The notes under the pieces: generated by a model | Databases searched by the model: none | What the model was told of the DNA's origin: nothing | Seen by the model: only the letters and a program-made list of their open reading frames with translations | In this document: positions 1 through 9,091 of the stretch, one piece after another | How positions within the stretch are numbered: the first letter of the stretch is position 1 | Layout of the letters: each line of letters begins with the position of its first letter | Program-made: the position numbers and the translations under genes | Source: a virus | IMG/VR virus record: IMGVR_UViG_3300030085_004825 | Span: 32,001-96,000 of that record | Reading direction: 5' to 3' (one strand) | Length of the DNA stretch: 64,000 bases

Positions 1-34
1 AACTAGCTGAAGCTATATTTAATAAACTTAGATC

Positions 35-499
35 ATGACAAGAGAAGCACTACAAAATAGATTAAAAATTTTAATTAAACAAGTGTATGCTAATAAAAGA
101 ATTACACCTGAAGAAGCTGTTCAATATGATGAATTGACTAAGTTTCCTGAATTAAAAGCTGTTATTGTAGATCTTTTAACACCTGAATATGATAATTTTG
201 TAGCTTCAATTGATTGGGTTGCACCACGCCCTTCTACATTTAGAATTAATTTAAAAAATGATCAACTATTCTATTTAATTTATGGTAAAAGAAGTTTTAT
301 TGCTCAAGTTGAAGGCAAAAAATATTACTTATTAAATCTCCCTGAAGAACAACATGCTGCAGAAGCTATTGCTCGCATTTTAAGATTTGGAACCCCAGTA
401 GATGAAGAAAATACTGATAATTTAGGTGATAGTCCTGAAGAAGATTCTCCCCCACCTCCTCCAACAGAAGAAGATACAACAGAAGAACCTGAAACATAA
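35..499 (+). CDS. Hypothetical protein with acidic/Pro-rich tail; possible head-internal protein
   Basis: 154-aa ORF; N-terminal RLKILIKQV resembles the shared leader; DE/P-rich C-terminus. Confidence 0.7.
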   Translation: MTREALQNRLKILIKQVYANKRITPEEAVQYDELTKFPELKAVIVDLLTPEYDNFVASIDWVAPRPSTFRINLKNDQLFYLIYGKRSFIAQVEGKKYYLLNLPEEQHAAEAIARILRFGTPVDEENTDNLGDSPEEDSPPPPPTEEDTTEEPET

Positions 500-503
500 T
501 ATT

Positions 504-947
504 ATGAAAAATTTTGATTTAAAAAAGTTTATAAAAGAAGGTAAATTATATGAAGCAGCAATGGCTTGTCCTACTGCTACTCAAAATCTTGAATTAAATA
601 CCAAAAATAGAGATGCTTCCATCCAAGCAGAATACATCCAGTATGGTCCACTAAATGTAGATGAACCAGGAGACTATTGGAAAGATATAGCTGAATATTG
701 GAATACAACAGAAGAAGCAGCTAGAAAATCATTATGTGGTAATTGTGTTGCTTTTGATATCTCTCCTAGAATGGATGAATGCATGCCCGGCCAAACATCA
801 GATAAAGATGGAAGATTAGGATATTGTTGGATGCACCACTTTAAATGTCATTCTGCAAGAAGTTGTAGAACTTGGGCTAAAGGTGGTCCCATTGTAAAAG
901 ATAGTGTATCTTATGACTGGCAAGAAAGAAACGCAGATAAAGTATAA
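504..947 (+). CDS. Cys/His-rich putative metal-binding (Fe-S or Zn) protein
   Basis: ATG 504 follows the upstream stop at 499 and is preferred over 426. Contains CGNC...C...GYC..H.FKCH...SC..W; leader DLKKFIKEGKLYE. Confidence 0.65.
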   Translation: MKNFDLKKFIKEGKLYEAAMACPTATQNLELNTKNRDASIQAEYIQYGPLNVDEPGDYWKDIAEYWNTTEEAARKSLCGNCVAFDISPRMDECMPGQTSDKDGRLGYCWMHHFKCHSARSCRTWAKGGPIVKDSVSYDWQERNADKV

Positions 948-1870
948 TGGATATTTTAGATAAATTTTTACATAGTATAGCTTATAAGTTTCCTAAAGGG
1001 TATCCTAATATGGATAATCCTAAAGATAAAATTATACTTGAAAATGAATTTAAAAAAATAGGAGTAAGTCTACAAGAACTTACACAGGATGAACATTATA
1101 ACACTCGAAAAAAAGAAAGAGGAGAAGATATTTTATCTATTACTAATTTAAATCAAAAAATGTTAGGAGATAAATATACTGTTAAAGAAATTACTCCTAT
1201 TATCATAGATAAAATTAAAACTGAATTGCAAAAAAGATTATCATATTTTGAAAAAATGAATAATTTTTCTGCTTCTTTTAAAGAAACTATTGGTTATAAA
1301 ATTTTAAAACCTATACTAAAAATAAATGGTAATGAATATGAATTATCTTTAAAAACCCAATATAGTAAAGGTAAAGATAAACAAGGAGAACCTATAATGA
1401 AAGATAATATAGGAACAACTTACATTCTTACTATTTCAAATGATGAATTACTTACTTTACTACTTTACCCAACAATGGATGATTCTAGTATAGAAGATAG
1501 TTTAGAATCTCATGAAAAAAGAAAAGAAAAATCTAAAGGGGTTAGACTATTAACCTTAGGGGATTTTGAATATATTATAGACCTAGATGAACCAGTTAAA
1601 AAACCTGATGAAAAAATTAATTTAGGTGATTTAGATTATAAAGTAAAAGCATCATATAGAAAAGGTTCTACTTTTACTCACAATAAATATGGTGTTGGGG
1701 AGGTAGTTAATGCTGCTTCTGCTGGTACAAGAGCAGGTGAACCTGATAGTAGAGGGATAGTAGATTGGGTTGAAGTAGATTTTGGAAAACCTTATCTTGC
1801 TAGTGGGGAATTAAAGAAAACTCGTATTATAAAAAATGTTTATACTACTTTATCTCCATTAATTTCCTAA
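947..1870 (+). CDS. Hypothetical protein with C-terminal Tudor/SH3-like motif
   Basis: 307 aa, TAATG-coupled to the upstream gene; C-terminal GSTFTHNKYGVGEVV...VEVDFG. Confidence 0.7.
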   Translation: MDILDKFLHSIAYKFPKGYPNMDNPKDKIILENEFKKIGVSLQELTQDEHYNTRKKERGEDILSITNLNQKMLGDKYTVKEITPIIIDKIKTELQKRLSYFEKMNNFSASFKETIGYKILKPILKINGNEYELSLKTQYSKGKDKQGEPIMKDNIGTTYILTISNDELLTLLLYPTMDDSSIEDSLESHEKRKEKSKGVRLLTLGDFEYIIDLDEPVKKPDEKINLGDLDYKVKASYRKGSTFTHNKYGVGEVVNAASAGTRAGEPDSRGIVDWVEVDFGKPYLASGELKKTRIIKNVYTTLSPLIS

Positions 1871-1876
1871 ATAAAA

Positions 1877-1908
1877 TTTGGATCCTTAAAAAAATAGATG
1901 TATATTCA
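1877..1908 (+). promoter_or_regulatory. Bacteroidota sigmaA-type promoter (-33 TTG / -7 TAnnTT)
   Basis: TTTGG(1877)..TATATTCA(1901); 20 nt between TTG and TA, identical spacing at 7 other sites. Confidence 0.7.
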
Positions 1909-1926
1909 TTTAAAATCTATTAGATT

Positions 1927-3024
1927 ATGAAAACAAAAACAAAATCCCTATCATCAGAGATTACTGATAGGATAGTAACAGTAGATGGACTTTTAGAAGC
2001 CCATAATATATCTTTAGATAACTGGGATATAGAAAAACAAATAGTAAATACTTGGGAAGTAGGAACTAAAGGCCCTGATGGTAATATATTAACTACTCCT
2101 TTATTTCAAGTTAAAATTTGGTTAAATAGTAAAACTGAACCCATTGTAAAAAATATTAGAGAAGAATTTATAGAAGATTTAAAAAAGTTATCACCCAAAA
2201 TAGAAAAGATTAAATATAAATCTAAAATAGATAAAGATCCTTTATTACTTGAATTAAACATATTTGATTTACATTTAGGTAAAATCTCCTGGTCTGAAGA
2301 AACAAATCAAGAATATAATTTAGAAGTAGCTAGTGATATTTTTAACCAATGTATTGAGGAATTTATTCAAGAAACTTCAAATAAAAATATAGAAAAAATA
2401 GTATTTCCTATTGGAAATGATTTTTTCAACTCAGATAAATCATACCCATTTAATAGTACAACTAAAGGTACACCACAAGAAGAAGATGCTAGATGGCAAA
2501 AAACATTTCGTTTAGGTAGACAACTTCTTGTAAATGCTATAAACAAATTAACTAATATAGCTCCTGTAGATGTAATTATGGTACCTGGTAATCATGATTT
2601 TGAAAGAAATTTTTATTTAGGGGATTCATTAGAAGGTTGGTTTTACAACAATAAAAATGTAACTGTAGATAATTCCGCTAATCCAAGAAAGTATTATGAA
2701 TACGGGGAAGTATTAATTGGTTATACGCATGGTAATGAAGAAAAAGTAATAGATTTACCATTAATAATGGCAAATGAGAAACCTAAAGAATGGGCTATGT
2801 CTACTTTTAGAGAATTTCATTTAGGTCATGAACATCGCAAAAAAGAAATTAAATTTAAATCTACTGAAGAATATCAAGGGGTAGTTATCAGATATTTTAA
2901 TTCCCTTTCAGCTACTGATTCTTGGCACCATAAAAGAGGATATATAGGAGCTAAAAGGTCTGCTGAAGCATTACTTTGGGATAAAACAAAAGGTTTAAAA
3001 AATAATCTGTATTTTATAGTATAA
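1927..3024 (+). CDS. Calcineurin-like metallophosphoesterase (Mre11/SbcD-like fold)
   Basis: DLHLG, GND, GNHD, THG and GHEH motifs in canonical order. Confidence 0.88.
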   Translation: MKTKTKSLSSEITDRIVTVDGLLEAHNISLDNWDIEKQIVNTWEVGTKGPDGNILTTPLFQVKIWLNSKTEPIVKNIREEFIEDLKKLSPKIEKIKYKSKIDKDPLLLELNIFDLHLGKISWSEETNQEYNLEVASDIFNQCIEEFIQETSNKNIEKIVFPIGNDFFNSDKSYPFNSTTKGTPQEEDARWQKTFRLGRQLLVNAINKLTNIAPVDVIMVPGNHDFERNFYLGDSLEGWFYNNKNVTVDNSANPRKYYEYGEVLIGYTHGNEEKVIDLPLIMANEKPKEWAMSTFREFHLGHEHRKKEIKFKSTEEYQGVVIRYFNSLSATDSWHHKRGYIGAKRSAEALLWDKTKGLKNNLYFIV

Positions 3025-3049
3025 TTTCTAACTTTCTTCTTTTTCTTAG

Positions 3050-3057
3050 TATTTATA
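3050..3057 (+). promoter_or_regulatory. Putative late promoter (TATTTATA)
   Basis: Core of the recurrent ATAT(T/G)TATA motif, 3 nt upstream of ATG 3061. Confidence 0.55.
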
Positions 3058-3060
3058 ACT

Positions 3061-3918
3061 ATGGAACGATTAACTAATCTTATAAAAGAAGTATTATCCA
3101 CCAAACCAAAAGAAAAAGAAGGTTGTAATTGTGGGTGTGGTGGCTGTGATAAACCAGCTTCTAAAGGTATAACTTTAAATGAAAGTATAGCCCCCAAACA
3201 AATACTATCAGAAAATCTTCAATATCACGTACAAAATAAACTACCTTTAACTGAAAACACATTCCGTTATGGTTCTGAATCGTTTATTAATTTATGGGCA
3301 GAAGCTCGTTCTTTATACTTACGTGAAATTATTAATGTAAATGAAGATGATAAAGAAATTTTAAAAGAAACTGATTTAGGCAATTATGGAATATATGAAA
3401 ATATTAAAGTGCCCTTAGATATGCCTCTTTCAGTTAGAGCCAATGAAGTTCCTTTAATGAATATTTTAAGAAGAGCTGAAGAAAAAGGTCAAGAAGGATA
3501 CCCATTTTATAGAGAATTAGCTGATGAATTAAGACAAGAATCTATAGATTTGAACCGAGTTAAAGAAGTTTTAAGGGATTATGGTGTGTATTATGAATAT
3601 GAAGATCTTTTAAACTTAAATGAAGCAGCTAAAAAGAAAAAGAAAAAAGACCCACCTATAGGAAAACCAAAACGTGGGGGTTCTAAAGCATATTATGTTT
3701 ATGTTAGAGACCCTAAAACTAAAAAAGTAAAAAAAGTTTCATTTGGTTCTGGTGGGTTAAAAGCAAAAATTAATAACCCCAAAGCTAGAAAAGCATTTGC
3801 AGCTAGACATAAATGTGCTCAAAAGAAAGATAAAACAAAAGCATCATATTGGTCTTGTAGATTGCCTCGCTATGCTAAATTATTAGGTTTAAAATCATCC
3901 TTTAGTGGATTTTGGTAA
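3061..3918 (+). CDS. Hypothetical protein with very basic Cys-containing C-terminal domain; putative head-internal DNA-binding protein
   Basis: Leader RLTNLIKEVL, CNCGCGGC, several LNE/LSE/LTE sites, K/R-rich KKVSFG...ARKAFAARHKC...YWSC. Confidence 0.7.
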   Translation: MERLTNLIKEVLSTKPKEKEGCNCGCGGCDKPASKGITLNESIAPKQILSENLQYHVQNKLPLTENTFRYGSESFINLWAEARSLYLREIINVNEDDKEILKETDLGNYGIYENIKVPLDMPLSVRANEVPLMNILRRAEEKGQEGYPFYRELADELRQESIDLNRVKEVLRDYGVYYEYEDLLNLNEAAKKKKKKDPPIGKPKRGGSKAYYVYVRDPKTKKVKKVSFGSGGLKAKINNPKARKAFAARHKCAQKKDKTKASYWSCRLPRYAKLLGLKSSFSGFW

Positions 3919-3919
3919 A

Positions 3920-4354
3920 ATGGATAGATTAGAAAAAATAATTAAAGAAGTTCTTACTGAAAAAAAGAAAAAACGAGATAGATGCTTACGCATTGCTGAC
4001 CGTAAATTTAAAAAACCTTCAGCTTACAAATCAGGAGCTGTAGTTAGATGTAGAAAAGGGTCTATTTGGAAAGGATTAAAAGAAGAACAAATACGTGAAG
4101 TAGTTAAAGAATCTTTACGTGATTGGTTTAAAAAAGAAAAATGGGTTCGTATTAACACATCAGGTAATATAACTGGTCCTTGTGGTACAATGAAAAAAGG
4201 TAAAGCTACAACTCGTTGTTTACCTAAAGCTAAAGCACAATCTTTAACTAAAGCTGAAAGAAAATCAACTGTAGCTAAAAAAGTTAGAGGAGGTAAAAAA
4301 GGTAAACAATTTGTAAAAAATACTAAAAAAGCTGAATATAAAAAGAAGTCTTGA
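3920..4354 (+). CDS. Highly basic Cys-containing protein; putative head-internal protein
   Basis: ATG 3920 directly after the stop at 3918; leader MDRLEKIIKEVLTE; two basic modules (PSAYKSG; SLRDWFKKEKWV...CG...CLP). Confidence 0.7.
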   Translation: MDRLEKIIKEVLTEKKKKRDRCLRIADRKFKKPSAYKSGAVVRCRKGSIWKGLKEEQIREVVKESLRDWFKKEKWVRINTSGNITGPCGTMKKGKATTRCLPKAKAQSLTKAERKSTVAKKVRGGKKGKQFVKNTKKAEYKKKS

Positions 4355-4611
4355 AACCCTACATTGATATAGAAGTTACAGATTCCTATATTATTCGTGA
4401 ATTTTCTGAAAATATAGATCCAATAGAATTGTTATGGCATCGTGATGATGAAGATAGAACTTTAGAAATCCTTGGAGAAACAGATTGGAAAATACAACTT
4501 GATAACGAATTGCCAACTTCGTTAAATCAACCGATATTTATACCAAGACACCATTGGCATCGTGTCATAAAAGGAAATAATAAATTAAAATTAAAAATAT
4601 ATAAAAAGTGA
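4351..4611 (+). CDS. Small cupin-fold protein
   Basis: WHRD..DR and FIPRHHWHRVIKG cupin-like motifs; TTG start overlapping the upstream TGA. Confidence 0.6.
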   Translation: MKPYIDIEVTDSYIIREFSENIDPIELLWHRDDEDRTLEILGETDWKIQLDNELPTSLNQPIFIPRHHWHRVIKGNNKLKLKIYKK

Positions 4612-6650
4612 TATTAGACTGGAGAAATTTTGTGTTACGAAGTGATATAAAAAATTTACCTTTAGAGGAGCAGAGAAGAAAATTTTTAAAAGAACAGTTA
4701 GATCATGATAACCTTTTAAGTGAACAAAAACAGAGACAATATGAATTTTATATGTCTCAAATGCAATCCAAAGGAGGAGCAGCAGGAGGAGGTGGGTTTA
4801 CTGGTAATGCAAGTGATGGCCCTATTGCTGGAGCAACTGTAACCAGTAATATTGGAACTACAACTACTGACACATTAGGAAATTTTACCTTCCCAACAAC
4901 CCCTACCTCAGAAATAACAGTAACAGGTGGTACTGATTCTATTACAGGAGTAGCATTTACAGGAGAGCTAAAAGGATTTCCTCAATTTAAAACTGTTTCT
5001 CCATTAACTACATTAGCATTTCATTTAAAAGAAGAGGATGCAAGTCTAACTGCTGATTCAGCTGTGGATCTTTTATTTGCTAGTTCAAGCACATTGTTTG
5101 GAATAGAATTAGAAGTAGCAGACAAAGATATAATGCTTAATAAGGACTATGTAGCAGAATCAATACTAGAAGACAACCAAAAAGCTATTGCGGCTCAATC
5201 AATAGCAACGTATTTAGAGAGTGTTACTGAGATGGTAGGTAGTGCAGTTAAAAGTGCAGATGAAAGTGCAAAAGGATCAAACTTTACAGTTAATAGTGCT
5301 AAAGTTCAAGGCTATAAATCTATTGCCCGGCAAATACAACAAACGAGAGGAGCTAAAACTGAAATAGATCCTGAAGGACTATTTGATCTTGTTCAACGAC
5401 CAGATGGTCAATCTTTTACAAGGGGTAATACTGGAAGTCTTGATATAACAGCACGTCGAACTGTTAAAACATCGATAAATAATGTACGTACACAATTAGC
5501 AGAATTATCAAGATCTGAATTATATAATGCTAATTATTTAACAACACAAATACAAGCAGTTAACAGAGGTGTAAAAGAAGATTATAAAGTTCAAGCAGAA
5601 AGATTAGCCCGAGGTGATTCATCTAATTTTAAAAGCATAAACCAGATAGTAACTGAATCTACAGGAAGTTTGGCTCAAATTGAAAAAGATAAACCAAATG
5701 AAACAGATGCTAATACATCTAAAAAACCATCACGTGAATTTTTCCAATTAGGTGGAATGACTTACACAATGCAAGAAAAAGGACAAGATGCTGTTACACT
5801 TTCATTTAAAAGTGATCCTGGTCAAATGTTTGTAGTAGGAACTGAAATACGAAAAGGACAATTTTTAAACAATGATTCTGGCCCATTTAGACCAAATGAA
5901 GCTGGTAATTTTGTAAAAGCTGCGCCAACTATCATAGCAACACAAGTTACTGCATCAAGTGGTAAAGTATATGAAATAACATTGGCTAATCCTGGATTCC
6001 AAGTATTATCATCTCAATTAAAAGACGCAATAAAATATTTACCTGTTGCTACAGGTGGTTATACAATGCAAACTGAAAATAAAATCGGATGGTCAAACGC
6101 CGCAACACAGCCATTTACAGCTTCAATTGCTGCAAACCAAACAAAATCATCAGCTACTATCTCAGATAAAATTGGTAGCACACTTTATGAAATAGAATAC
6201 AATTCAGGAACAAGTCGATATGAATTTTCAACCACTCCACAGAAAGGAACAAAAACATTACATGCACATATTGCTGATTTTACTAATGAAGCACAATGGA
6301 CTAGTATTGGAAACCCAACTCCACCTGGTATAAGATTTCAAATTAATAATTTTGACACTCATCATATATCTGATAATGGTAGATATAGTATATCAGCCGG
6401 CGGAACAGCAGAAGTAATGTCTAATAAAACATTTAAATTAGGAGGCAGAATTTTAGAAGCTACGCTTACTGTTGGAAAAAGTAAAGTTAATATAGCATTA
6501 GTCCCAACTGATGGTACAAATGCACCTAATGGCCCCTTTACATTTAGAGTTGGATTAGGTAATGTAACAACAACAGCACAATTTACAAACAATGTACTTA
6601 CTGTTGTAGATGAAGACACTACATACACAATAACATATACACCTAAATAA
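4608..6650 (+). CDS. Large beta-rich hypothetical protein (surface-protein-like domain after a short helical N-module)
   Basis: 680 aa; charged N-terminal ~55 aa, Gly linker, then DGPIAGATV...TDTLGNF...GGTD..TG..F.G.L...SPLTTL; Thr/Gly-rich C-terminus. Confidence 0.7.
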   Translation: MILDWRNFVLRSDIKNLPLEEQRRKFLKEQLDHDNLLSEQKQRQYEFYMSQMQSKGGAAGGGGFTGNASDGPIAGATVTSNIGTTTTDTLGNFTFPTTPTSEITVTGGTDSITGVAFTGELKGFPQFKTVSPLTTLAFHLKEEDASLTADSAVDLLFASSSTLFGIELEVADKDIMLNKDYVAESILEDNQKAIAAQSIATYLESVTEMVGSAVKSADESAKGSNFTVNSAKVQGYKSIARQIQQTRGAKTEIDPEGLFDLVQRPDGQSFTRGNTGSLDITARRTVKTSINNVRTQLAELSRSELYNANYLTTQIQAVNRGVKEDYKVQAERLARGDSSNFKSINQIVTESTGSLAQIEKDKPNETDANTSKKPSREFFQLGGMTYTMQEKGQDAVTLSFKSDPGQMFVVGTEIRKGQFLNNDSGPFRPNEAGNFVKAAPTIIATQVTASSGKVYEITLANPGFQVLSSQLKDAIKYLPVATGGYTMQTENKIGWSNAATQPFTASIAANQTKSSATISDKIGSTLYEIEYNSGTSRYEFSTTPQKGTKTLHAHIADFTNEAQWTSIGNPTPPGIRFQINNFDTHHISDNGRYSISAGGTAEVMSNKTFKLGGRILEATLTVGKSKVNIALVPTDGTNAPNGPFTFRVGLGNVTTTAQFTNNVLTVVDEDTTYTITYTPK

Positions 6651-6652
6651 TT

Positions 6653-7375
6653 ATGAAAAGTTTAAAACAAACAAACGAAATAAAATTCAGTTCTTATGGT
6701 GTTTGGGAACTTCTTAGAAAAGTTTACCAAGATAAGGAAGAACTTTTACCAAAACTTGGATTTAAAAAATATGAAGATTTTTTAGATTGGATGAAAACAG
6801 GTGATCAAGATACACAAGATGAATTTGAATCTATAGTTGCTAAACATGAAAAAGAAAAAATGACCCCTATGACAGAAAATAAATTAAAACAAACTATAAA
6901 AGAAGAAATTAAACGTATTTTAAGTGAAAATATGTTTAAAAATGGTGATGTTGTTATGTATATGGGAGAAAAACATACTGTTGTTTCTGATGATGGTTTT
7001 ATTATTAAATTAAAATCTAGTAGAGACAATATTGTTAATCTTAATTATACCCAAGCAAAAGAAAAAGTTCGTAAACAAGATGACTTTAAAGAAGGAAAAA
7101 TTAATTTAAATGAGCATGGAGCAGGAAGAACTCCTGAAATTAGAGGTATGGTGAATATGTTATTTAAAGATGAAAGAATGACTAATGCTCCTTTAGCACT
7201 AGTTAAAGCATTAAATCTTTTAGATGATAAAACAGCCCAAGAACTTAACTTTAAAGTAGCAGAATATTTAAAACCTACTTTTAGCTCAGACCCTAATTCT
7301 CCTTCAAACACTGCTGCTATTAAAGCAATGATTGATATGGATAAAGAAAAAGGTAGAAGACCTAGTTTAGACTAA
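6653..7375 (+). CDS. Hypothetical multi-module protein; putative head-internal protein
   Basis: Internal KLKQTIKEEIKRILSE and LNE motifs; SH3-like segment FKNGDVVMY. Confidence 0.7.
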   Translation: MKSLKQTNEIKFSSYGVWELLRKVYQDKEELLPKLGFKKYEDFLDWMKTGDQDTQDEFESIVAKHEKEKMTPMTENKLKQTIKEEIKRILSENMFKNGDVVMYMGEKHTVVSDDGFIIKLKSSRDNIVNLNYTQAKEKVRKQDDFKEGKINLNEHGAGRTPEIRGMVNMLFKDERMTNAPLALVKALNLLDDKTAQELNFKVAEYLKPTFSSDPNSPSNTAAIKAMIDMDKEKGRRPSLD

Positions 7376-7381
7376 CATACA

Positions 7382-7430
7382 GACTGATTCATAGCCAGTC
7401 GACTTAAAATAAAAATTTTTTAGAGCTGTG
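7382..7430 (+). ncRNA. Candidate H-type pseudoknot RNA (riboswitch/attenuator-like)
   Basis: P1 GACTG(7382-86)/CAGTC(7396-7400); loop CATAGC(7390-95) is complementary to GCTGTG(7425-30) with one G-U; A-rich linker. Confidence 0.45.
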
Positions 7431-7461
7431 GCCTAATCTTTGGATTAGGTCACTTTTTTTT
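7428..7461 (+). terminator. Intrinsic terminator
   Basis: GTGGCCTAATC-TTTG-GATTAGGTCAC 11-bp stem followed by T8. Confidence 0.85.
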
Positions 7462-7470
7462 ATATATTTA
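7439..7470 (+). promoter_or_regulatory. Bacteroidota sigmaA-type promoter
   Basis: TTTGG(7439) in the terminator loop; TTG-N20-TATATTTA(7463). Confidence 0.72.
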
Positions 7471-7487
7471 GCACATAAAATTTACAA

Positions 7488-8843
7488 ATGAATAAAATAG
7501 TAATTGTAGGAGCAGGTGTAGCAGGTATTAATGCTGCAACTAAATTAGTTGATAATGGATATCCTGGTGATAAAATCACTATAATTGACATGGGTAAAGA
7601 CCCATATAATAGATTACCTGAAGAGGTAATGACGGGAATGCTAGGTGCAGGTGGTTGGAGTGATGGTAAATTAACTTACCATACTGAAGTAGGAGGTCAA
7701 TTATCAAAATATTGTGGTAAAGATAAAGCAATGGAATTATTTGATCAAGTTATAGCTAACTTTAAACGATTTCACCCTAAACCAGAAGAAGTACAATGTT
7801 CTGATCCTCAAGCAGAACCTGATTTTATTAAACCATATTTTGGTTTACGCTTATTCCCTGTATGGCATGTTGGAACTGATTATTTACACGAAATAGGTAA
7901 AAATTGGTATGATTATTTAGTTGAAAAGGGTATTAAATTTGTTTGGGAACATAAAGTTTATGACATTAACTTTGATAAACAAGAAGTATCATTAGCAAAT
8001 CATGATTTTGCAGGTGAAATAGAATATGATCATTTAATTTTTGGTGTAGGTAAATCAGGAATTGATTTTGGTAAAAAACTAGCTGAAAAATATAATTTAC
8101 CAACTGAACCTAAAGCAGTACAAATAGGTGTTCGATTTGAAGCACCCCAAAAACATTTCCAAAAATTAATAGATATTAGTTATGATTTTAAATTATATAG
8201 AAAATTTGAAGATAAGGGTGTATCACTACGTTCATTCTGTACAAACAATAACGCCGCTTACGTTGCTGCGGAACATACTTATGGCGATGTAAGTTATAAT
8301 GGACATGCTAAAAAAAATGAAGCATATCGAAATAATATGACTAATTTTGGTATACTAATGGAAATTAGAGGTATAGATAAACCATTTGATTGGTCAAGAG
8401 AGGCAGTTAAAAAATTACAAATTAATGGTGTAGGTACATACTATTCACCAAGTAATAGAACACCATCTAAAACATCAGAAGGTGATTCTGTTAAATGTGT
8501 TAAAGTAGACAACACAGAACCATTATTTGATGCGTTAGGAGAATATGGCAATTATATAGTTGATTTTATTAAAGATATGACAAAAGTATTTCCTACACTT
8601 GGGGATGATTGGGGTATTTATATGCCCGAAGTAAAATATTTGTCACCTGAACCATTAGTAGATTATAATAATCTTAGTTTAACTAAATATTCTAACGTAT
8701 ATTTTGTAGGTGATGCTTTAAGCGCAAGGGGAATTACAGTCTCAGGAGCACAAGGTACTTATGTTGCTGAATCTATATTAATAGATGAAGAAGTAAAAGA
8801 AATGGAAAAAAATTCTTCTGATTTAGAAGATATAGAATTTTAA
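7488..8843 (+). CDS. FAD-dependent oxidoreductase (COG2509-like uncharacterised flavoprotein)
   Basis: N-terminal GAGVAG dinucleotide-binding motif, GAGGWSDGKL, IGVRFE, RSFCTN, C-terminal YFVGDA..RGI..S..QG. Confidence 0.88.
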   Translation: MNKIVIVGAGVAGINAATKLVDNGYPGDKITIIDMGKDPYNRLPEEVMTGMLGAGGWSDGKLTYHTEVGGQLSKYCGKDKAMELFDQVIANFKRFHPKPEEVQCSDPQAEPDFIKPYFGLRLFPVWHVGTDYLHEIGKNWYDYLVEKGIKFVWEHKVYDINFDKQEVSLANHDFAGEIEYDHLIFGVGKSGIDFGKKLAEKYNLPTEPKAVQIGVRFEAPQKHFQKLIDISYDFKLYRKFEDKGVSLRSFCTNNNAAYVAAEHTYGDVSYNGHAKKNEAYRNNMTNFGILMEIRGIDKPFDWSREAVKKLQINGVGTYYSPSNRTPSKTSEGDSVKCVKVDNTEPLFDALGEYGNYIVDFIKDMTKVFPTLGDDWGIYMPEVKYLSPEPLVDYNNLSLTKYSNVYFVGDALSARGITVSGAQGTYVAESILIDEEVKEMEKNSSDLEDIEF

Positions 8844-8860
8844 GTAATATTTATTAGAAA

Positions 8861-9079
8861 ATGGCTAAACTAATAGATTTACTAAATGAATCTTTTTATG
8901 ATTCAAATAAATTATATTCTAAACAATATATACTTAATGTTACGGCAAATGCACCACGAAATATTAAGGATGTAGTAAGAAATTTAAAAATTATTGATTG
9001 TGTTGATTCAAACAATAATAAAAAAGAATGTGTAAAAATACCAGAAGTTTTGTATATTTACATTAGTGGTAAATATTAA
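8861..9079 (+). CDS. Small hypothetical protein
   Basis: 72 aa; starts MAKLIDLLNE; preceded by the ATATTTATT variant motif. Confidence 0.65.
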   Translation: MAKLIDLLNESFYDSNKLYSKQYILNVTANAPRNIKDVVRNLKIIDCVDSNNNKKECVKIPEVLYIYISGKY

Positions 9080-9091
9080 TTAAATAAAATT

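Noticed and set aside
7382-7461. Pistol ribozyme or stop-codon read-through signal
   Set aside because: The hairpin-pseudoknot-hairpin-GU order resembles pistol, but no P2 pairing can be formed. Read-through of TAA 7373 meets an in-frame TGA four codons later.
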